Positions 1 to 8,236 of a stretch of 64,000 nt of DNA are shown here, one piece after another. Source of the DNA: Bacteroidales bacterium (lineage in GTDB: Bacteria; Bacteroidota; Bacteroidia; Bacteroidales; PUMT01); contig SLPB01000071.1 in assembly GCA_007132225.1 (NCBI GenBank), positions 13,811 through 77,810 on the forward strand, read 5' to 3'. Each line of letters opens with the position of its first letter. Position 1 is the stretch's first letter. The notes under the pieces are model-generated. The model made no database searches. It worked only from the letters and a program-made list of their open reading frames with translations, and was not told where the DNA came from. The translations under genes were made by a program, and so were the position numbers.

Positions 1-627
1 AAATATTATTACGAACATCCGCTTCCCTTTCAAATAATTTTTCATCCTGTGGGCTCAAAAAAAAAAGAACTGATCTACGAGGATGAAAAGCTTGAAATCA
101 TGACCATTCCCTTAAAACACAGGGTGCCTGCCTGTGGTTTCCTGTTCAGGGAAAAGCCCCCTTTATTAAACCTCAGAAAGGAAATGATTGAATATTATAA
201 AGTTCCCCTAAAAGAAATGGCTAAAATTAAGCTGGGGAATGATTACATTAACGAGAGCGGACAGGTTATTCCAAATAAATTACTTACCCTTCCCCCGTTA
301 ATACCAAGATCACTGGCATATTGCACAGATACAAAATACACCGAATCAATCCTGCCCCAGATTAACAGGGTAGATCTTCTATACCATGAAGCCACCTACC
401 TTCACAATATGGCAGGCAGAGCTTCAGAAACAGGCCATTCTACATCCAAACAGGCTGGTATAATTGCAAGAAAAGCTGGTGCGGGGAAACTTGTAATCGG
501 ACATTTTTCTGCACGTTATAAGACGACCGACATGCTGGTGGAAGAAGCCAGGAAGGAATTTCCTGAAACCTATGCAGCAAATGAGGGTGATTGCCATACT
601 ATTAAACAGGTAAGAGTTACTGAGTGA
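1..627 (+). CDS. rnz: Ribonuclease Z, C-terminal part (5' end outside window)
   Basis: Frame is open from base 1. Motifs PLKHRVPACGF, YCTDT, DLLYHEATY, GHST and LVIGHFSARY are typical of the RNase Z metallo-beta-lactamase C-half. Confidence 0.93.
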   Translation, partial: KYYYEHPLPFQIIFHPVGSKKKELIYEDEKLEIMTIPLKHRVPACGFLFREKPPLLNLRKEMIEYYKVPLKEMAKIKLGNDYINESGQVIPNKLLTLPPLIPRSLAYCTDTKYTESILPQINRVDLLYHEATYLHNMAGRASETGHSTSKQAGIIARKAGAGKLVIGHFSARYKTTDMLVEEARKEFPETYAANEGDCHTIKQVRVTE

Positions 628-638
628 TACTCCGGTTA

Positions 639-1121
639 TTAATAAATGATCTCATCAATCACTTCCCAGCGTATATTCCCGCCCTCTTCAATATCATATC
701 TCAGCAGCAGGCCTCCTGCAATGTGGCCGTCCTCAAAATAGGCGAACACCCATTTTTTATTAAGTATATGAATGCCGTCACGAAAATAAAAACCCATTTC
801 ACCACCCAACACAGGTGAGGTGCCAATAAGATCAGGATCAGATATCAAATCATTCCTTAAATCTTCAACAGGATTATTCAGGCCCTGCTTTTCAAGATCC
901 TCAACCTGCTTTTTATCAAGAAAAGGAGGTATAGCATTAGTTATCCGGATTTCCTGTAATAGTGCCGACAGACTGTCATTTCTTTCCAGGCAGGTTTCAA
1001 AAAGTTCCTCCATCACACCAACTTTTGTAGTGTCATCAATGGTAAGAACAAGGTAAACAAGCAACAGGGCAATTATAACCGATTGAACTGCAATAATTAC
1101 ATCCTTTAATTTTCGCTGCAT
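639..1121 (-). CDS. Hypothetical protein with one N-terminal membrane anchor
   Basis: 160-aa ORF with a hydrophobic N-terminus (VIIAVQSVIIALLLVYLVL) and a globular-looking C-terminus (VLGGEMGFY...KWVFAYFEDGH). Convergent with rnz. Confidence 0.75.
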   Translation of the reverse strand: MQRKLKDVIIAVQSVIIALLLVYLVLTIDDTTKVGVMEELFETCLERNDSLSALLQEIRITNAIPPFLDKKQVEDLEKQGLNNPVEDLRNDLISDPDLIGTSPVLGGEMGFYFRDGIHILNKKWVFAYFEDGHIAGGLLLRYDIEEGGNIRWEVIDEIIY

Positions 1122-1290
1122 TTCATATATTTTAATGAAAATTTTATTAATTTAACACAAAAGGCAAATCCTCTTTAAGACAGATATTCCGGATTTATTA
1201 AATTAGTTTTATACTTTTACCCGTTATCCATGTGCTAAGTGAGACGACTTTTTTAAAAAATTAAATAATAATTAATTTATCTGCTCAAAT

Positions 1291-2088
1291 ATAAAAATAT
1301 CTTCTGTTCTTCTGTTTCTTTCGTTAATTTTTCATTTAAGTTATGCCGAAGAATCAGGGCCCGGTTACCTGAGTATAGGGGCAGGATATTCCTATCTTGG
1401 AATGCGCGACAATGGATTATCTCCTCTTTACTATACCGGTAATCACGGACTTTTAAATATAAGCTACCAGAGTCGCACAGATAGCCGTACCAGTAATCTT
1501 GAAATTGAATTCCTGATTGGCGATATTACTCCTTCAAATTATCCTGAATTGTCCCTTTCTGAAATAAGAAACAATAAAACTGCAATCAGGTATTCTTATC
1601 AGAGGCTTGCACCAAATGTAATGGAACACGGGAAATTATTCCTTGGCGGTAAATGGGAAACACAATTTGCTTACTATATACATAATCAATTTGAAAACAG
1701 CTCGATGAATAATTTTTTCATTAACACGCTAAATTTATCGGGCTCGTTATCATATCCGTTAAAAACAAATGAACAAAAATACCTGATGATATTCCAGGCT
1801 GACCTGCCCATTGTCGCTTTTATAGTCCGGCCCTCCTATGCATATATTAAACCAAAAGGTTTTTTGGACCATAGCCAGCCTGACATACAAAAACTAATGA
1901 ACAGTATTGAGGTTTCTTCTTTTGACAGATTCTCGGGAATGAGTACTGGAGTATCATTTGAATACAGACTTAAAAACAACCATTCCCTGAGAATTGGTTA
2001 CAATTGGGAATATTGGAATCATCAGAATTCAAATCCTCTAAAATCTGCTACCCACGGAATAATGTTACAAACTATGTTTAACCTCTGA
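1291..2088 (+). CDS. Putative outer-membrane beta-barrel protein (DUF3316-like); start codon uncertain
   Basis: The ORF track starts at ATG 1402, but the frame is open back to a TAA at 1273-1275 and encodes a signal-peptide-like IKISSVLLFLSLIFHLSYA-EE. Alternating aromatic strands and C-terminal ...MLQTMFNL suggest a barrel. The stop is 8 nt before the S41 peptidase gene. Confidence 0.65.
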   Translation: MKISSVLLFLSLIFHLSYAEESGPGYLSIGAGYSYLGMRDNGLSPLYYTGNHGLLNISYQSRTDSRTSNLEIEFLIGDITPSNYPELSLSEIRNNKTAIRYSYQRLAPNVMEHGKLFLGGKWETQFAYYIHNQFENSSMNNFFINTLNLSGSLSYPLKTNEQKYLMIFQADLPIVAFIVRPSYAYIKPKGFLDHSQPDIQKLMNSIEVSSFDRFSGMSTGVSFEYRLKNNHSLRIGYNWEYWNHQNSNPLKSATHGIMLQTMFNL

Positions 2089-2096
2089 CTTTCAAA

Positions 2097-3122
2097 ATGC
2101 GAATTATATTTGCCATATCAATCACAATACTGATTCCGTTATTCATGGCTTGTGAAAAGCTCATGATAGAAAAAGACCCGGATAATAGTCCGGAAAATAA
2201 TTTTGAGCTTCTATGGAATATTATTGACAGAAATTATTCTTTTTTTGAATACAAGAATATCAACTGGGACTCAATAAAGCATATCTACCAGCCGAAAATA
2301 AATGACAGTATGACCAACCGTCAGCTTTTCGATGTCATGTCTGATATGTTATTTGAACTACGTGACGGTCATGTCAATCTTTATTGGGGAACCGAAAGAT
2401 CAAAAAACTGGGATTGGTATTCAGACTATCCAGCAAATTTCAACTATAACCTACTGGAAGCCAACTATATTAACAAGGAGACGGGAAGCATCGGCCCTTT
2501 TCAAACTGCTTCCTTAGACTCAATCGGTTATATCTATTGCGGAACATTTGCCGAAAGGATCAGGGAAAGCGAAATAGATATAATAATAGATAATTTTCAG
2601 GATATGAAAGGCATAATAATAGATGTCAGGAATAACACAGGGGGTTACAGTGTTAACGGAACAATTATCGCAAGCAGATTTGCTGATTCCATGCGCCTGG
2701 CTTCATATACTTTGTACAAAACCGGTCCCGGGCACGGCGACTTCAGTCAGCCCCAACCTAATTACATATCCCCCGAAGGTGAAAAACAGTTCCTGAAACC
2801 GGTAGTAGTGCTGACTAACAGGCGGACTTTCAGTGCTGCCAATGACTTTGTTTTGACTATGACCTCCCTGCCCGGTGTAAAGGTTATCGGCGATAAGACG
2901 GGGGGCGGCGGAGGTACTCCATACGATTATGAACTTTTAAACGGGTGGAGGTGCCGCTTTCCGCGGACCCAGACCCTGTCCCCGGATAAATTTAATGTGG
3001 AGAAAGGTATACCTCCTTTCATTCATGTTAATATGAATGTACAGGACGAAATCAGGGGTATGGACACAATTATTGAAAGGGCAATAAATTATTTAAAGAG
3101 ATCATTCTCAGAGTCCGTTTAA
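2097..3122 (+). CDS. S41-family peptidase, lipoprotein (tricorn C1-like + S41 domain)
   Basis: Lipobox LFMAC; NFELLW..IDRNYSFF; IIIDVRNNTGG; VVVLTNRRTFSAAN with the catalytic Ser; IGDKTGGG. Confidence 0.9.
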   Translation: MRIIFAISITILIPLFMACEKLMIEKDPDNSPENNFELLWNIIDRNYSFFEYKNINWDSIKHIYQPKINDSMTNRQLFDVMSDMLFELRDGHVNLYWGTERSKNWDWYSDYPANFNYNLLEANYINKETGSIGPFQTASLDSIGYIYCGTFAERIRESEIDIIIDNFQDMKGIIIDVRNNTGGYSVNGTIIASRFADSMRLASYTLYKTGPGHGDFSQPQPNYISPEGEKQFLKPVVVLTNRRTFSAANDFVLTMTSLPGVKVIGDKTGGGGGTPYDYELLNGWRCRFPRTQTLSPDKFNVEKGIPPFIHVNMNVQDEIRGMDTIIERAINYLKRSFSESV

Positions 3123-3163
3123 TCCGGAATATTCAAAATAAATCTGGACAAGACATCCGGCAA

Positions 3164-3835
3164 ATGCAAAATACGGAAAAGCAAATCATAATTACATCCG
3201 ATGGCTCCCCGACTATTTACATACCGGAACTGAATGAACATTACCACTCGGTTCACGGAGCAATACAGGAATCAGCATTCGTATACTTAAAAAATGCACT
3301 CAGTATTACAAAAAAAAAGAGAATCAGGTTATTTGAAGCAGGTTTTGGCACCGGATTAAATGCTTACCTCTCTTGCCTTGAATCTGCAAGAAAAAAAATA
3401 AATATTTGCTATCACTCAATTGAATTGTACCCGCTTGAAAAGTTGGAGTGGATCAGGTTTGCCGGTCATATCAAGGGTAAGCAGGGTGACATAAAGCTAT
3501 TTAAAGATATTCATGCATGTGAATGGGACAAAGAGGTTCAAATAACCGAATCGTTCATTCTTAAAAAGATAAAGGGTGATTTAAAAGAATATGATTTCCA
3601 TGAACGCTATGATGTAATATACTTTGATGCGTTTGGTCCTGAAGTTCAACAGGAAATGTGGACTGAAGAGATTTTCAGAAAAATATACGGCATTATGAAT
3701 AAGGGTGCAGTATTTTCAACATATTCAGCCAAAGGCCAGGTCAGAAGGAATTTAATATCAGCAGGCCTGCAGGTTAAAAGAATTTCCGGTCCCCCGGGAA
3801 AAAAAGAAATTTTAGTCGCATCAAAAATTGACTGA
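3164..3835 (+). CDS. mnmD: tRNA mnm5s2U34 methyltransferase, stand-alone MnmC N-terminal (MnmD-type) domain
   Basis: TSDGSPT, YHSVHGAIQES, FEAGFGTGLN, YFDAFGP, STYSAKG, GPPGKKE. Confidence 0.88.
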   Translation: MQNTEKQIIITSDGSPTIYIPELNEHYHSVHGAIQESAFVYLKNALSITKKKRIRLFEAGFGTGLNAYLSCLESARKKINICYHSIELYPLEKLEWIRFAGHIKGKQGDIKLFKDIHACEWDKEVQITESFILKKIKGDLKEYDFHERYDVIYFDAFGPEVQQEMWTEEIFRKIYGIMNKGAVFSTYSAKGQVRRNLISAGLQVKRISGPPGKKEILVASKID

Positions 3836-4085
3836 ACCTGAATATTTTTAATTCTTTAGCACCCGGAAATATTCGAAATTCATTTTATAGAATAAAATAA
3901 ATAACTTAAAATATTGTTTATTAACTTAGCTTTCTCAATATTTTAATTTACTTTCGCCAGTTAAATGTCACTAATTAATACATAGCACATTATCTCACCC
4001 TGCATAGAGTTTGTATCAGGCAGCAGAATAATTTTTCCTAATAAATAAATTAATATACTCTATTAAAAACGCAATTTATATCAGC

Positions 4086-4769
4086 ATGAGAACTAGAATC
4101 CTTATTTCCCTATTATTTGTAACAGCCGCAGTATTTTTGTCATGCGGACAAAACGACAAGATTAGTACAAACCTGGATACTGATCTGGACACCGTAAGCT
4201 ATGCCCTCGGGCTCACCTTTGGATCAAGCCTCCAGCAAGGCGGACTTGAAGATATAAACATAGAAGCTATGGCCATGGCCATACAACACCTTTTTGACGG
4301 CGAAGCTACTGAGATTGAGCCTCAAATGGCGAATTTAATCATAAACGATTATTTTTCCCGAATCCACTTTGGCGACAACCTCGAAGAGGGAGAAGACTTT
4401 CTTGCCGAAAACAAGTTGAGGGATGAAGTCACAACAACCGAATCCGGAATTCAGTACGAAGTGATCCAAATGGGTGACGGCCCGAAACCATCATCTGATG
4501 ATGAAGTTCTGGTACACTACGAAGGAACATTAATTGATGGTACTGTATTTGACAGCTCATATGAAAGAGGCGAACCTGCCCAGTTTGTTCTTAGTCAGGT
4601 AATTCCAGGGTGGACAGAGGTAATGCAACTAATGCCGGTGGGATCAAAATGGAAAGTATATATCCCCCAGGAGCTGGCATATGGAGCTAATCCAAGGCAG
4701 GGCGGAGCTATTGAACCATTTATGATGCTTATCTTTGAAATTGAATTGTTGGATATCGTTTCCGGGTAA
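4086..4769 (+). CDS. FKBP-type peptidyl-prolyl isomerase, lipoprotein
   Basis: Lipobox FLSC; SYALG dimerisation helix; VHYEGTLIDGTVFDSS; VIPGWTE; IPQELAYG. Confidence 0.95.
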   Translation: MRTRILISLLFVTAAVFLSCGQNDKISTNLDTDLDTVSYALGLTFGSSLQQGGLEDINIEAMAMAIQHLFDGEATEIEPQMANLIINDYFSRIHFGDNLEEGEDFLAENKLRDEVTTTESGIQYEVIQMGDGPKPSSDDEVLVHYEGTLIDGTVFDSSYERGEPAQFVLSQVIPGWTEVMQLMPVGSKWKVYIPQELAYGANPRQGGAIEPFMMLIFEIELLDIVSG

Positions 4770-4771
4770 TA

Positions 4772-5131
4772 ATGAGTATAGTATTAACAGGAAAACTATT
4801 AGAAACACTGCCCCAGCAGAGCGGTACAGGCAAAAACGGACCCTGGCTGAAACAGGATTTTATAATCGAAACGGCCGGAGAGTTCCCAAGAAAAATTTGT
4901 ATCAGTGCCTGGGGAGACAAAGCAAATGGAATTGCTGATTTTCAGAAAGGGGAGATGATTAAGGTCAGCGTTAATATTGAATCCAGGGAATTTAATGAAA
5001 GATGGTATACTGATGTTAAGGCCTGGAGAATTGAAAAAAATGTACCGGAGCAGAATATAGGCGATATTCCTCCACCTGTAACTCCTGAAGATATACCCCC
5101 CCCTGATGATGACGAACTATTGCCTTTTTAA
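4772..5131 (+). CDS. DUF3127-family protein (SSB-like, with acidic C-terminal tail)
   Basis: GKNGPWLKQDFIIET..FPRKI, SREFNERWYTDVKAW; ends PPPDDDELLPF. Confidence 0.85.
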   Translation: MSIVLTGKLLETLPQQSGTGKNGPWLKQDFIIETAGEFPRKICISAWGDKANGIADFQKGEMIKVSVNIESREFNERWYTDVKAWRIEKNVPEQNIGDIPPPVTPEDIPPPDDDELLPF

Positions 5132-5197
5132 TTATACTGGCACCCCTGTTTTCATATTTCGGCGTTTACCAAATATAAATTCATCAGGGCAGGAAAT

Positions 5198-5232
5198 AAA
5201 AAAAGTGATCCGGTTTACGGATCACTTTTTTT
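5198..5232. terminator. Bidirectional intrinsic terminator
   Basis: Perfect 15-bp inverted repeat AAAAAAAGTGATCCG-gttta-CGGATCACTTTTTTT with A/T tails on both sides, between convergent genes. Confidence 0.9.
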
Positions 5233-5251
5233 GCAGGATCAAATCCTCAGC

Positions 5252-5701
5252 TTATTTTCCTGCAAGTATATTCCGCGATCCGAAGAAAAAATCATTTAAC
5301 GTTGATGAATTAGTTTTATCAAACTCCACCATATAATTGCCATCACGGTAGACAAAAAATTTATCCTGCATATGGCTCGGACAATTATACCGGAATACTT
5401 TCAGATCATTCCTGTAAGACAGTAACTCCATAAAAGCATAGCGCCCGGTTTCCTGGTTATTCAAAAAAACAGGCATTCTTTCATAAATCCGGCCGTCTTT
5501 CCTGAAAGCTTTGACATCTTTTGCATTATACTTAACCCGGCCTGTATCATCAATACCAATCAGACTTGTGGTTAATCCGTAACGAACCTTTTCATAATAT
5601 TTTACATTGTCTTCAGTTATAATGTAGTCCTGTACTCCTGCCCTGACAACTGTTGTCAAGGATAAAAATGCGATTGCCAGTAATAAATTAAATTTTTTCA
5701 T
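5252..5701 (-). CDS. Hypothetical secreted protein
   Basis: 149 aa; signal peptide MKKFNLLLAIAFLSLTTVVRA; GGAGG 9 nt upstream of the ATG. Confidence 0.8.
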   Translation of the reverse strand: MKKFNLLLAIAFLSLTTVVRAGVQDYIITEDNVKYYEKVRYGLTTSLIGIDDTGRVKYNAKDVKAFRKDGRIYERMPVFLNNQETGRYAFMELLSYRNDLKVFRYNCPSHMQDKFFVYRDGNYMVEFDKTNSSTLNDFFFGSRNILAGK

Positions 5702-5747
5702 TTTTTGGTTCCTCCATATTTAGGTTATGATTTCTGAATATGGTCTT

Positions 5748-5763
5748 ACCAAACTCGTGCCAA
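5748..5763 (-). promoter_or_regulatory. Sigma54-like -24/-12 promoter
   Basis: Minus strand reads TTGGCACGAGTTTGGT. The -24 box TGGCACG is exact; the -12 box is GG-N10-GT instead of GC. It lies 46 nt upstream of the 5252-5701 start. Confidence 0.6.
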
Positions 5764-5849
5764 CCTTAGTTAAGCTCTGTGCCACTGCACTTTAGGCTAT
5801 TTAAAAATTAAGAATACCATTTACAATCAGTCTTGATTTATATGTTTAA

Positions 5850-5885
5850 TGCACGAATATGAACAATGCTGTCCATTACTGAACA
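5850..5885. promoter_or_regulatory. Tandem pseudo-palindromic sites, candidate enhancer (UAS) for a sigma54 activator
   Basis: TGCACGAATATGAACA (5850-5865) and TGTCCATTACTGAACA (5870-5885), 20-bp period, about 90-120 bp upstream of the sigma54-like box. Confidence 0.45.
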
Positions 5886-5995
5886 AATGGTATTAAAGTA
5901 CTGATTAGAATTTTTAATAACAGCCAGGCACATGCAGAAAAAACCTTTGCACATGGGGAAACAGATTATAACCTGTGGAAAACAGATGGAATGGC

Positions 5996-8155
5996 CTACT
6001 TAACGGCAGCTAAGTCTATCAGAAAAGCAAATTCCATTGCAATTTCACGGTAACGCTTGTAACGGCCGGCTGCCCCGCCATGGCCAGCATCCATATTTGT
6101 TTTAAGCAACAATACATTTTGGTCGGTTTTATAGTCCCGGAGCCTGGCAGCCCATTTTGCAGGCTCCCAATACTGCACCTGGGAGTCATGCAGTCCTGTT
6201 GTTATAAGTATAGCAGGGTAATCCTGACGTTTTACCTGATCATACGGGGAATATGACAGCATATATTCATAATAGACAGTATCATTGGGATTACCCCATT
6301 CATCATATTCGCCTGTTGTAAGAGGGATACTGTCGTCAAGCATAGTAGTAACAACATCAACAAAAGGAACAGCTGCAACTACACCACGGTAAAGCTCCGG
6401 ATTCATATTTATGGCAGCGCCAATAAGAAGTCCACCGGCACTTCCGCCCTGGGCAAAAAGTTTTCGCGGACTGGTATAGTTTTGATCAATTAGAAAACGG
6501 GCACAAGCATTAAAATCTGTGAATGTGTTCATCTTATTTAATAGCTTCCCATCCTCATACCAGTTACGCCCCATTTCCTGTCCGCCCCTTACATGGGCTA
6601 TGGCATATATAAAGCCCCTGTCCAGAAGACTCAGTCTGACAGAACTGAACCGGGGATCCATACTGTAGCCGTAGGATCCGTAGCCATATAAAAGCAATGG
6701 GTTGGATCCATCTTTTTTGATTCCTTTCCTGTGAACCAGGGAAACGGGCACCTTTGTTCCGTCCGGGGCAGTTGCATACACTCTTCTTGCCTGGTAATTA
6801 TCCGGTTTAAAATCGCCCAGCACCTCATCCTGTTTGAGTAACGTCATTTCCCTGGACTTCATGTTATAATCGAAAACAGAATTAGGGACTGTAAGAGAGG
6901 TGTAAGACAACCTGAAAATATCACTGTCAAAGTCCGCATTAACAGAAATACCAGCTGTATAAACTTCTTCGGGGAAGTCAAGATAATGCCCGGTTTTATT
7001 GTCCCATTCGTATACATACAGCTGGCGAAGACCATTTTTTCTTTCAGAAATAACCAGGTGATCATTAAAAATCTCAATATCACTTAGTAAAACATCATCC
7101 CTGTGAGGTATAAGCTCAACCCAGTTATCTTTTGAAGTGAGGCTTGTTGAAGTCTCCATAAGCCTGAAATTGGTGGCTTCCCAGTTAGTAAGAACATAAA
7201 ACTTTTCTCCGTGATGATCTACACGGTACTTCATGTCCTTTTCACGAGGATAAAACAAATTAAAAATACCTGCCGGATCACCAGTCCGCGCAAAACGGTA
7301 TTCATCAGATAAAGTGCTGGATGAAATGATCATAATGTATTCCCTGGATTTGGTTGTAAACACTCCCACCCTGAATGTCTCGTCTTCTTCATAATAAACA
7401 AGGTCACGGTCATCAGGCTCATTACCAAGCAAATGGCGGTACACTTTTTCTGATCTTAAAGTAATATCATTTTGAGTGGTATAATATATTGTCCGGCTGT
7501 CACCGGCCCATGCTACATAACCATCGGTTTCCGTAATATTATCTGGTAAAAACTCTCCGGTTTCCAGGTCCTTGAATGCAAGGGAATATTTTCTACGTCC
7601 CACAGAATCAACCCCAAAAGCAAGAAGCTTGTTATCCGGGCTCACATTAAGACCTGAAACATGATAGAAGCTGTATCCTTCAGCCATCTCATTAACATTC
7701 AGCAATATTTCCTCTTCACCATCGGGATTTCCCTTTTTCCTGCAATAAATAGGAAATTCACCACCTTCTTCATACCGGGTATAATAATAATAGCCATTAT
7801 CCAAATAAGGAACCGACTCATCTGTTTGCTTAATTCTGCCAATAATCTCGTCATACAGTTTCTCCTGGAGAGGTTCAGTATGCTCAAGCATAGCTTTGGT
7901 ATACTCATTTTCTGCCTCCAGGTACCTGATCACTTCAGGGTCTTCCCGCTCACGCAGCCAGTAATAATTATCAACCCTGGTATCGCCGTGTACGGTTATT
8001 TCGTGGGGTATCTTCCTGGCCCGGGGAGGCTCGATTTTTGCTTGTCCGGATAAGGGAGAAAAAGATAATAATGAAATGTATAACATAATTATAATTAATT
8101 CTGATAATGACTTTATCATTACTGTCAAGAATTTGAATTTTAAACAGTTTGCCAA
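5996..8155 (-). CDS. ptrB: Oligopeptidase B (S9A), probably exported; true start may be a downstream Met
   Basis: DNYYWLR, LLYGYGSYG, HVRGGQEMG, GGSAGGLL, EYDEWGNP, DSQVQYWEPAKW, AGHGG. Confidence 0.93.
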   Translation of the reverse strand: MANCLKFKFLTVMIKSLSELIIIMLYISLLSFSPLSGQAKIEPPRARKIPHEITVHGDTRVDNYYWLREREDPEVIRYLEAENEYTKAMLEHTEPLQEKLYDEIIGRIKQTDESVPYLDNGYYYYTRYEEGGEFPIYCRKKGNPDGEEEILLNVNEMAEGYSFYHVSGLNVSPDNKLLAFGVDSVGRRKYSLAFKDLETGEFLPDNITETDGYVAWAGDSRTIYYTTQNDITLRSEKVYRHLLGNEPDDRDLVYYEEDETFRVGVFTTKSREYIMIISSSTLSDEYRFARTGDPAGIFNLFYPREKDMKYRVDHHGEKFYVLTNWEATNFRLMETSTSLTSKDNWVELIPHRDDVLLSDIEIFNDHLVISERKNGLRQLYVYEWDNKTGHYLDFPEEVYTAGISVNADFDSDIFRLSYTSLTVPNSVFDYNMKSREMTLLKQDEVLGDFKPDNYQARRVYATAPDGTKVPVSLVHRKGIKKDGSNPLLLYGYGSYGYSMDPRFSSVRLSLLDRGFIYAIAHVRGGQEMGRNWYEDGKLLNKMNTFTDFNACARFLIDQNYTSPRKLFAQGGSAGGLLIGAAINMNPELYRGVVAAVPFVDVVTTMLDDSIPLTTGEYDEWGNPNDTVYYEYMLSYSPYDQVKRQDYPAILITTGLHDSQVQYWEPAKWAARLRDYKTDQNVLLLKTNMDAGHGGAAGRYKRYREIAMEFAFLIDLAAVK

Positions 8156-8236
8156 ACATACCCGAATTAGGCATCGGGTATATGTAAAAATCAGATTTAA
8201 AATTTTGGCCTGAGTATAAAATGGACCTGACTTCTC

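Noticed and set aside
5765-5784. Second TGGCAC on the minus strand
   Set aside because: No -12 element at the required spacing (GG-N10-AA).
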